A DNA stretch of 64,000 nucleotides from contig VGBW01000007.1 of assembly GCA_016870365.1 (NCBI GenBank), positions 1,317 through 65,316 of the forward strand. The letters run 5' to 3'. The position numbers and the translations under genes are program-made. The DNA is from Actinomycetota bacterium. GTDB taxonomy: Bacteria > Actinomycetota > Actinomycetes > Nanopelagicales > Nanopelagicaceae. The notes beneath the pieces are model-generated. The model did no database searches. It saw nothing but the letters and a program-made list of their open reading frames with translations, and had not been told where the DNA came from. The stretch's first letter is position 1; each line of letters starts with the position of its first letter. This document shows positions 57,083-64,000 of this stretch, piece by piece.

Positions 57083-58212
57083 TCTCTACTTTCGCTAACA
57101 TCCTTGATTGACTGGGAGGGTAGAAGCCAAGCTCTCGATGGATCAAATGAGTACTTGGCGATCTTCCCTACAGGGACTATCTCTTCATAAATCGGATCTG
57201 AGACCACAGAGATAATTCTGCCCTCCGCGGTATCCAAGGTGTATTCGACGTGGTTTCCATAGAAAACTACGTTCTCAACCAAACCTTCTCCCTTGCCTGG
57301 CCTTGAACTTCTAGACTTTGAAGGGCTAACTAAGATGGACTCAGGGCGCACTAGCAAGACCGGTTGATTTGAGGCAGTGGCATTGGATTGAGCGGAAACG
57401 ACCATCTTTCCTCCACTAACTCTGATCTTGGCCCTGCCAGAGCCTGCTTTACTAAAACTTTCAACGGCCAAGAAGTTTGAGCGTCCAATGAAGTCAGCTA
57501 CAAAGACCGATGATGGTCTGCGATAGACCTCATCGGGTGTGCCAACTTGCTCTACTACTGCATTTCGCATGACCACAATTCGATCAGAAAGGCTCATCGC
57601 TTCATCCTGATCATGGGTGACAAAGATGCTGGTAATGCCTAATTTCTGCTGGATTGAGCGAATCTCAATACGCATCTGTGCTCGAAGTTTGGCATCAAGA
57701 TTTGAAAGTGGCTCATCAAATAAGAGCACTTTAGGCCTGACCACCATGGCTCGGGCCAGGGCCACCCTCTGCTGCTGTCCGCCAGATAATTGATTAGGGG
57801 CGCGATTGGCAAGATGTGAAAGACTCATCGAGCCTAAGACCTCGCTTACTGCCTTCTTGATCTCAACTGTAGATAACTTCTTTATCTGTAGACCATAAGC
57901 AACATTGTCAAAGACGCTCATATGGGGGAAAAGCGCATATGATTGAAAGACCATTCCCATGGGGCGCTTATCAGGAGTTAGTGAGCTCAAATCTTCTCCA
58001 TCTAGAAGAACTTTCCCACCTGTGGGAGTCTCAAATCCAGCGATCATGCGAAGGGCTGTGGTCTTGCCACAGCCAGAGGGGCCAAGAAGCGTGACAAACT
58101 CACCAGGATTGATGGTCAGTGTAAGTTCGCGCACCGCCACTACCTTCTCTTTGTCATTACCAAATTCCTTGGTGAGGGCATCAAGGTTCAGTCTTCCTGA
58201 CTTACTCTTCAT
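57079..58212 (-). CDS. ABC importer ATP-binding protein (FbpC/PotA type with a C-terminal TOBE-like domain)
   Basis: GPSGCGKTT, LSGGQQQRVALARA and LLFDEPLSNLD. 377 aa. Confidence 0.92.
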   Translation of the reverse strand: MKSKSGRLNLDALTKEFGNDKEKVVAVRELTLTINPGEFVTLLGPSGCGKTTALRMIAGFETPTGGKVLLDGEDLSSLTPDKRPMGMVFQSYALFPHMSVFDNVAYGLQIKKLSTVEIKKAVSEVLGSMSLSHLANRAPNQLSGGQQQRVALARAMVVRPKVLLFDEPLSNLDAKLRAQMRIEIRSIQQKLGITSIFVTHDQDEAMSLSDRIVVMRNAVVEQVGTPDEVYRRPSSVFVADFIGRSNFLAVESFSKAGSGRAKIRVSGGKMVVSAQSNATASNQPVLLVRPESILVSPSKSRSSRPGKGEGLVENVVFYGNHVEYTLDTAEGRIISVVSDPIYEEIVPVGKIAKYSFDPSRAWLLPSQSIKDVSESRE

Positions 58213-58221
58213 TCTCTCTCC

Positions 58222-59922
58222 TTAGCGTCCTGTCACCATGGGTCGGTCTATCGAAACTTGACTTCTACGCACTAGAAGGTTAATTAAGCCACCAATGACC
58301 ATTATGATTACAATCAAAATACAGCAGAGGGCAAATACATTGCCATACCTGCCCTGATCTGCCTCGGCCAGAATCTTCTGAGTAAGAATGGAGGTATCAG
58401 GAGTGACTAGAAAGATGATGGGAGATAGCGTGGTCATCGAGTGGGCAAAGGCATACATAAGCCCTGAGAGAAATGCCCCGCTAATAAGCGGAAGGGTAAT
58501 TAGGCGAAATGTTTTGCCACCGGGTGCGCCAAGGGAGGCTGAGGCCTCCTCAATTGAGGGATCGACTTGCTGCAACATAGAGATGCCAGAGCGCTGACCT
58601 GCAGGACTAGATCGAATGATGTAGACCATGACAATTGCAATTGAGCCACCTAGTAGAGCAGCTCCTCCTGCTACCTGAGGAAATACTGTTACTCCAGCAA
58701 TTCTTACAGGATCGTTATAGGTGATGGCATATCCAATGCCGATCACCGTTCCTGGGACTGCAATACCTAACATCCCTAGGAAATCTAGAGCCTCAGAGCC
58801 TCGTTTGACTTTTCGAATCACCAACCAGGCAATTAGCATTCCGAAGACTCCCGCTAGGGGAGTAGCTATGGCAGCGAGCATCGCCGTAGTTCTAATTGCG
58901 CCGTTTGCAAAGCCGCCTAAGAGGTAGCGGAAGTTATCTAGAGTAAATTCATTATTTACGCCAATTATTCTCACAAATGCGCCAAAGAGCACAGTGGCAT
59001 AGACCATGACAATTAATGTGGTCAATAGCCCAGTCACCGAGAGCAAGAAGAACTTGGCACCTTTGGAAGTAACTAGAGTTGGCCGGCCACTTGGTTTCCC
59101 AGTCACTGAGACAACGCTCTTCTTCTGCGCCCAATAGCGTTGGACCAAGAAGACCAAGAGCGCTGGCAATAAAAGCAGCGAGGAATAGCCTGCAGCCAGG
59201 GAGATGTCGTAATCTCCGTTGATCGCCATGTAGGCCCTTGAGGCCAGCACGGTGTAATTTCCGCCGATGATTATGGGGTTTGCTAGGTCTGCAATTGATT
59301 CGATGAAGAGAAGCAGGAATGAGCCAGCAAATCCTGGGATCAATAGCGGTAGGGTCACTGTTCTAAAGATCCTTGCCTTAGTTGCTCCAAGGCTGGAACC
59401 CGCTTCATCTAGCGCGGGATCGAGGCTTCGCAGCATCCCTAAGAGATTCATGTAAGCAATCGGAAAGAATGAGAGAGTTAGAACCAGAACTAACCCTGGA
59501 TAGCCATAGAGCGTTGGACGCCAATCAAAGATTCCTCGTGTGATCATCCCGCTTCTGCCAAAGAGCACGATTACTGCGGTAGCAAATGCAAATGGAGGGG
59601 AGATGATTGGGACCAAATTGATAATGTGGAGAATCCTCTTGCCTCTAAACTCCAGACGTGCCTGGGTATAGGCCATGATGAAACCGAGAAGAGTTCCTAA
59701 GGCAGCCACAGTTAGGCCCAGCTTGACGGTATTCCAGATGATATTTCGTGTAACGACATCGCTAAGGGAACCTGTAACGATTGCGCTTCCTGAAGGTTGG
59801 GTGGAATAGATCAATATATTTATTAGAGGCAGGACAATTAAGAATCCAATAATGAAGATGACCAGCGCCAGGGCAATCTTGGTGAAGATGTCGTACTTTG
59901 CTCCACTGGCCTTAACGCTCAA
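58222..59922 (-). CDS. Two-domain ABC importer permease (FbpB-type)
   Basis: 566 aa with duplicated MetI-like halves (EAGSSLGATKARIFRTVTLP and EEASASLGAPGGKTFRLITLP). TTG start after AAGGAG. Confidence 0.9.
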   Translation of the reverse strand: MSVKASGAKYDIFTKIALALVIFIIGFLIVLPLINILIYSTQPSGSAIVTGSLSDVVTRNIIWNTVKLGLTVAALGTLLGFIMAYTQARLEFRGKRILHIINLVPIISPPFAFATAVIVLFGRSGMITRGIFDWRPTLYGYPGLVLVLTLSFFPIAYMNLLGMLRSLDPALDEAGSSLGATKARIFRTVTLPLLIPGFAGSFLLLFIESIADLANPIIIGGNYTVLASRAYMAINGDYDISLAAGYSSLLLLPALLVFLVQRYWAQKKSVVSVTGKPSGRPTLVTSKGAKFFLLSVTGLLTTLIVMVYATVLFGAFVRIIGVNNEFTLDNFRYLLGGFANGAIRTTAMLAAIATPLAGVFGMLIAWLVIRKVKRGSEALDFLGMLGIAVPGTVIGIGYAITYNDPVRIAGVTVFPQVAGGAALLGGSIAIVMVYIIRSSPAGQRSGISMLQQVDPSIEEASASLGAPGGKTFRLITLPLISGAFLSGLMYAFAHSMTTLSPIIFLVTPDTSILTQKILAEADQGRYGNVFALCCILIVIIMVIGGLINLLVRRSQVSIDRPMVTGR

Positions 59923-59953
59923 AGCACTACTCCTTAAGTGAGATTATAAGTAA

Positions 59954-59981
59954 GGGGCTCTGAAAGTTATTTCAGAGCCCC
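59954..59981 (-). promoter_or_regulatory. Perfect 12-bp stem-loop between the SBP and permease genes
   Basis: GGGGCTCTGAAA-gtta-TTTCAGAGCCCC is seen directly. It sits 3' of the SBP gene on the minus strand. Confidence 0.5.
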
Positions 59982-60009
59982 TCCACCTACTTAACTGATA
60001 CTACTTAAC

Positions 60010-61164
60010 TTACTTGGCTGAAGAAGTTAGAGCCACTTCCTTATCAAAGCGGGCCTTGAGTGCAACTGCTGCCACTCCTGCTGCCTCTGCTTGATAATCA
60101 AGCAAGGTAACTTTCTTTAAGTTGACCATTCGACTGTCATACTTCCCATTGGGATTGGTAAGAATCTGGAAAGATTCAGCCCTTGCAGGTCCCAGGTTTT
60201 GTGCCTCTGCCGATAGAGCGAAATCGATATAGGCCTTAGCAGCTTCTGCATTCTTGGCGCCCTTTACTAGAGCAATTCCACCAATTTCAAAGCCAGTTCC
60301 CTCTTTAGGGAAGGAGACCACTACCGGATTGCCACGAAGCCTTGCTGCGGTGCAATCGTGAGAGAAGACCAGACCAGTTGCAACTTCACCACGACCAAGA
60401 GGACCGGTTGGACCAGCCCCGCTTCTGGTGTAGCTAAGAATGTTCTTGTTCAGATCTTTCATGTAAGCAATCGCCGCATCTTGTGATCCGAGGCGCAATA
60501 CCTGTGACCAGAGTGCGGTGTATGCAGTTCCTGAAGTACCAGGGTGAGCCATCATGATATTGCCCTTGTACCTAGGATCTAGGAGATCATTCCAACTTGT
60601 TGGAGCGCGAAGACCAAGGCGCTTTAACTCATTTGTATTTGAACAGAAACCCAGAGCTCCCATGTAGATACCAGTCCAAAATCCCTCAGTATCTTGGAAC
60701 TGCTTCTTTAGCATATTCCTAGTCGGTGATTTATAGGTATCTAATACTCCTTGGATTCGACCTGAGATATGACTGTCATTGGGACCGCCAGTCCAAACAT
60801 CAAACTCAGGATTATTCTTAGAAGCAACTAGACGAGTTAGCGCCTCACCTGATGATAGGCGGATAAATTTTGTGGTGATTCCAGTCTTAGCTTGGAATGC
60901 CTGAGTCATAACAATGCACCAAGCCTCTTGTGGCGTGCAGAGAACATTTAGCGCTCCAGAGAGCTTACGTCCCTGAGCATATTGCAAAGCTCCATTAACG
61001 CGCTCGCAGGTATAAGTCACGCCCTTGATGGTGCGCACCAATCCCTCTTGCGCGCAAGTACTTCCCTTTAGATCACGAGCCGCTTGAGCAGGGGCAATCG
61101 CTGAGAGAAGAGAGAGCGTTAGAGATGCCAGGGTGGCAAAAGCAAAAGTTCTTGATTTGTTCAT
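60010..61164 (-). CDS. ABC importer substrate-binding protein (family 1, Fe3+/polyamine-like)
   Basis: 384 aa with a Sec-type signal peptide (…APAQAA) and no lipobox. It is the first gene of the SBP-permease-ATPase operon. Confidence 0.88.
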   Translation of the reverse strand: MNKSRTFAFATLASLTLSLLSAIAPAQAARDLKGSTCAQEGLVRTIKGVTYTCERVNGALQYAQGRKLSGALNVLCTPQEAWCIVMTQAFQAKTGITTKFIRLSSGEALTRLVASKNNPEFDVWTGGPNDSHISGRIQGVLDTYKSPTRNMLKKQFQDTEGFWTGIYMGALGFCSNTNELKRLGLRAPTSWNDLLDPRYKGNIMMAHPGTSGTAYTALWSQVLRLGSQDAAIAYMKDLNKNILSYTRSGAGPTGPLGRGEVATGLVFSHDCTAARLRGNPVVVSFPKEGTGFEIGGIALVKGAKNAEAAKAYIDFALSAEAQNLGPARAESFQILTNPNGKYDSRMVNLKKVTLLDYQAEAAGVAAVALKARFDKEVALTSSAK

Positions 61165-61350
61165 TCTTACCTTTCATAACTTGGAGGTGATCAGGGAAGG
61201 TTGTGGGCATGAGAGTATCAGCGTCCCGCAAATAGTTCACGGGCAGGCTGAAGAATTGGATAAAAGACCAATGAAGAATGTGAGGTAAACAGCGATTACC
61301 CGCGAAGCCAAGCTCGAGCTAATACCCCTGTAGGTGTGTGAGCAAGCAAT

Positions 61351-61388
61351 TGGTGGGGCAGCTAGGGCTCGAACCTACGGCGGGATGG
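61351..61388 (-). other. tRNA 3'-half-like fragment (T arm, acceptor 3' strand and CCA) without a matching 5' half
   Basis: The minus strand reads ...CCGTAGG-TTCGAGC-CCTAG-CTGCCCC-A-CCA. No complementary GGGGCAG 5' acceptor or anticodon arm could be folded upstream. Confidence 0.45.
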
Positions 61389-61416
61389 TGCACCCTCAAT
61401 CAGGTAGCGTAGCGGG

Positions 61417-62061
61417 ATGGCAGAAAAGCCCCGCGAGATTCGCCGTAAGCCTCATCGTTCCGTTGATGAACTACAAAACATCTACGAAATTCTCGACGCG
61501 GGATATGTAGCGCACCTGGGATTCAATGATCCCGAATCTGGAGAGTCAACGGTGATTCCGCTCGGCTATGCCAGAGATGGCGAACGTCTTCTATTTCACG
61601 GTTCAACAGGGTCGCGATTGTTCATGGCGCTCAAAGCGGGAGTCCAAGTGTGTGCCACAGTTACATTGCTTGATGGTCTCGTTGCAGCGCGAAGCGCATT
61701 TAATTCATCAATGAACTACAGATCGGTGATGGTATTCGGTGTCACAAAGGCACTTGAGGACGAAGAAAAGAGCGAAGCGATGAAGACTCTAACTAACAAG
61801 TTGATTCCAGGATTGTGGGAAGCAGGACGACCAATTACACCAAGGGAGTTCGCCCAAACCATGATTGTGGAACTTCCCCTTGATGATGTGACGGCTAAAG
61901 AGCGTAGCGGTGGTGCACTAGATCATGAAGATGCTGGTCTAGATATTTGGGCTGGTCAGATTCCAATCATCACTTCATTTAGAAAACCGATAACCAACGA
62001 TGACGCTTCACATGTTCTTGTACCTGAGTACATTGAAAACTTCGGTAAGTGGGGCAGGTAG
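61417..62061 (+). CDS. Pyridoxamine 5'-phosphate oxidase-family (NimA-like, FMN split-barrel) protein
   Basis: 214 aa. The pattern ILDAGYVAHLGF......VIPLGYARDGERLLFHGS.GSR is typical of COG3467-type flavoproteins. Confidence 0.85.
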   Translation: MAEKPREIRRKPHRSVDELQNIYEILDAGYVAHLGFNDPESGESTVIPLGYARDGERLLFHGSTGSRLFMALKAGVQVCATVTLLDGLVAARSAFNSSMNYRSVMVFGVTKALEDEEKSEAMKTLTNKLIPGLWEAGRPITPREFAQTMIVELPLDDVTAKERSGGALDHEDAGLDIWAGQIPIITSFRKPITNDDASHVLVPEYIENFGKWGR

Positions 62062-62108
62062 GGCTCAAATCAAAACGGCCTCTATTAAGGCAGGAAGTTC
62101 ACTAATTG

Positions 62109-62395
62109 TGCATTATCTGCATTGGGGTCCTGGCTATGCTGTAAATGTATCCAACCATCGATCAAGACTGTCAGTGGCCTTTGTTGTCTCTTCTTTCATA
62201 ACTCTTGGACTGGCGGGAGTCGAATATCTCTATTCAGATGGGTCTAATCCGGGATTCCCTACACCAGATCTTGCTTACCTGTTTCTATCTTCATTTCTCG
62301 CAACCTTTCTCCTGCTCTTTGCTATCCATCAATTAGAAGAGAGGGGAGTTTCCGAGGCTTTGATCTCAATCACCATGATGGGATTGACTATCTGA
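62109..62395 (+). CDS. Hypothetical small membrane protein (weak call)
   Basis: GTG after AGGAAG and two hydrophobic segments. The upstream part of track ORF 62000-62395 overlaps the preceding gene and is discounted. Confidence 0.3.
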
Positions 62396-62451
62396 AGTTG
62401 GGTCTTTCTATTTTTGGATCAGTTACCTTGTTTTCTTGGCGGTAATGGCTG

Positions 62452-62967
62452 TTAACGTAGGAACTCTTCCTTGTCTATTGCCATAACTAGACATTCATCA
62501 TCGTCGAAAATGACTGGGCCTAATACTCTGAAGCCCAATCGTTCATAGAAACTGATTGCTCGCAGATTTGATTCAAGTGGGTCGATCAAGACTTTATGGG
62601 CTTTGTGTATGGCAAAGCAACGATGCAAAGATTGCAGCATCATTTCTCTTCCGTAACCCTTTGAGCGATTTTCAGGGCTTCCTATCCAGATATCAATTGC
62701 CCATGCCCCTTGCTCGGAGTGAGCTCCCCAGTAATGCGTCTCTTCTTCGCATGTATCTATGAGAACCGTTACGCCAATTGGCCGACCATCTACCTCAGCT
62801 ATCAGAATCTCACGCCAAGACACGAGACGCCCTAGTTCGTATTCCCAGTCATATGTGTCGCCACCTGAATATCCGACATGCGGATCTCTATCCCAAAGGT
62901 GGAGAACTTCTAGATCTTCTAATGTTGCTGTTCTGAGAATTACCTTTGCTTTAGACCACATATTCAA
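62452..62967 (-). CDS. GNAT acetyltransferase of the AAC(6')-Ib/Acetyltransf_8-like type
   Basis: IDIWIGSPENRSKGYGREMM and LIDPLESNLRAISFYERLGF resemble the aminoglycoside 6'-N-acetyltransferase/siderophore acyltransferase subgroup. The start is TTG 62967 or ATG 62961. Confidence 0.8.
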   Translation of the reverse strand: MNMWSKAKVILRTATLEDLEVLHLWDRDPHVGYSGGDTYDWEYELGRLVSWREILIAEVDGRPIGVTVLIDTCEEETHYWGAHSEQGAWAIDIWIGSPENRSKGYGREMMLQSLHRCFAIHKAHKVLIDPLESNLRAISFYERLGFRVLGPVIFDDDECLVMAIDKEEFLR

Positions 62968-62988
62968 ATCGCATCTCGAGCAATCTAG

Positions 62989-63030
62989 TAGGGCGGGTGG
63001 AGCTCGAACCCACGACGACCGGATTATAAG
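62989..63030 (-). other. tRNA 3'-half-like fragment (anticodon-loop-like CTTATAA, variable region, T arm, acceptor 3' strand)
   Basis: The minus strand reads CTTATAA-TCCGG-TCGTC-GTGGG-TTCGAGC-TCCAC-CCGCCCT-A. The upstream sequence does not provide a D arm, a 5' anticodon stem or a 5' acceptor strand. Confidence 0.4.
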
Positions 63031-63256
63031 CGAACCGCTCGCATACGGGGAAACTCCACCAAGCGTGAAAAGTGCAGGTTATTGAGCGTGTTGCATACCG
63101 ATGCAATTCTACACTTACCAATAGATGTTGCACGAAATAATTTAAGGGGTCGTCTTTTGCCTGCGAGATTGCTACGCAATACGCCGCGGTCTTTCCCTAT
63201 CCCTCGCCCTCGGCTAGCCTTGATGTTATGCAGTCGGGCCTTGATGAGTGGGCGAT

Positions 63257-63388
63257 ATGACAGACAGAGTTGAGGTTGCCCAAGACCCGAATACGCCAGT
63301 TGAGTTGCTTATCAAGCTTGCCAAGGATGAGGACGAATCTGTTCGCATCGCGGTGCCTGGAACTCTGCTCAACCAAGTAATCCTGTAA
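63257..63388 (+). pseudogene. Leucine-rich-repeat-variant (LRV)/HEAT-like repeat fragment
   Basis: The 43-codon ORF MTDRVEVAQDPNTPVELLIKLAKDEDESVRIAV... matches one A.NPNTP.ELL..LA.D.D..VR.AVA unit. A further unit-like piece (SNPVIRELENLG) continues in another frame. Confidence 0.35.
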
Positions 63389-63458
63389 TAAGAGAGTTAG
63401 AAAACTTGGGTGTGGAAGTTATCCATGTAGAATAAAATGAACAAACAGAGGAGAAATA

Positions 63459-64000
63459 ATGTCAGATCGCTTTAAGAAAATATTTCCAAAAGTAAAAAAA
63501 CCTCTAATTGCGATGGCTCACGTTCCACCACTACCTGGAACTCCTTTATATGATGAAAAATTTGGTGTACAAGGACTTGTTGATCAAGTCAAAAGAGATA
63601 CTGAACATTTAATGAATGCTGGTTTTGATGCTGTGATGTTTTGCAACGAAGGGGATCGTCCTTACCAATTGAAAGCTGGACTTGAGGCTTCGGCTGTTAT
63701 GGCAAGAGTTGTTACAGAATGTAAACCAACAGATCGACCATATGGTGTTGATTTTTTATGGGATGCAAATTGTGCCTTAGCTATTGCCGTCGCAACTGAT
63801 GCATATTTTATGCGCGAAGTTGTAACTGGTGTTTGGGAGTCAGATATGGGTTTGTGGGAAACAGATGCGGCCACCATTCTTCGAAATAGAAGAAATTTTT
63901 CTCGTGACGATTTAGCAATTTTTATGAACATAACTCCTGAATTTGCCTCACCAATTGGAACAAGAACACCTGCACAAATGGCTCAATCAACTGTCGTATC
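63459..64000 (+). CDS. BtpA/SgcQ-family TIM-barrel protein (3' end beyond the window)
   Basis: It is not in the ORF track because there is no stop within the window. AGAGGAG SD then ATG at 63459. The stretch LIAMAHVPPLPGTPLY...AGFDAVMFCNEGDRPY...GVDFLWD...FMREVVTGVWESDMGLW is colinear with E. coli SgcQ as I remember it. Confidence 0.75.
   Translation, partial: MSDRFKKIFPKVKKPLIAMAHVPPLPGTPLYDEKFGVQGLVDQVKRDTEHLMNAGFDAVMFCNEGDRPYQLKAGLEASAVMARVVTECKPTDRPYGVDFLWDANCALAIAVATDAYFMREVVTGVWESDMGLWETDAATILRNRRNFSRDDLAIFMNITPEFASPIGTRTPAQMAQSTVV

Noticed and set aside
61165-61350. A possible riboswitch (TPP or another class) in the 5' region of the Fe3+/polyamine-type importer operon.
   Set aside because: Reading the minus strand, I could not find the conserved THI-box elements (CUGAGA, ACCUGAUCUGGAUAAUGCCAGCG) or any other riboswitch core. 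An IdeR-box comparison near 61330 gave only about 7 of 19 matches.
63082-63273. A 63-aa plus-strand ORF and the 62951-63133 minus-strand ORF next to the second tRNA-like fragment. I examined both for integrase remnants.
   Set aside because: None of the six frames shows tyrosine or serine recombinase motifs, and the sequences look like random translation.

Overview
This is a 64-kb, very tightly packed chromosomal segment that carries mostly housekeeping genes.

**Likely origin (inference):** The gene order looks actinobacterial. It runs recO-uppS, then a Zn-uptake locus, glyS, dus, dgt-dnaG-tRNA-Asn, as in Mycobacterium and relatives. Other actinobacterial traits are a long-form LeuA, a GlnA2-type glutamine synthetase near panB, and MshD-like GNATs. 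The GC content is only moderate and many neighbouring genes overlap by 1-10 nt. This resembles streamlined planktonic Actinobacteria.

**Content:** I call about 65 protein genes and one tRNA-Asn(GTT). I see no IS element, integrase, prophage, CRISPR array or recognisable defence gene.

**Observations most worth a second look:**
1. Two old tandem paralogous Dpp/Opp-type importer modules lie at 16.5-27.3 kb.
   - They share a single fused double-ATPase gene.
   - Each module is interrupted by a paralogous PH-like membrane protein gene on the opposite strand.
   - Each has a 514-aa DppB-like permease with a roughly 200-aa multi-TM insertion.
2. An unannotated 52-aa gene at 30614-30772 is made only of Ala, Lys, Arg and Pro, arranged as three tandem repeats. 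It has its own Shine-Dalgarno (SD) ribosome-binding sequence and terminator.
3. A Zur-type regulon is visible in the sequence.
   - A near-consensus Zur box lies in front of a ZIP transporter.
   - A translationally coupled 4-Cys microprotein follows the ZIP gene.
   - A Fur/Zur box lies in front of a decayed COG0523 GTPase.
4. Besides that COG0523 remnant, three more gene remnants sit in this otherwise compact DNA: IDO-like, cysE and a GH36 alpha-galactosidase.
5. A Leu-rich leader peptide and attenuator hairpin lie upstream of leuA.
6. A 1.6-kb cassette (NimA-like flavoprotein plus AAC(6')-like GNAT) is bracketed by two tRNA 3'-half-like fragments. It is followed by a more AT-rich stretch with a BtpA/SgcQ-family gene.

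**Limits:** All functional calls rest on motif and family recognition by eye. No database search was run.
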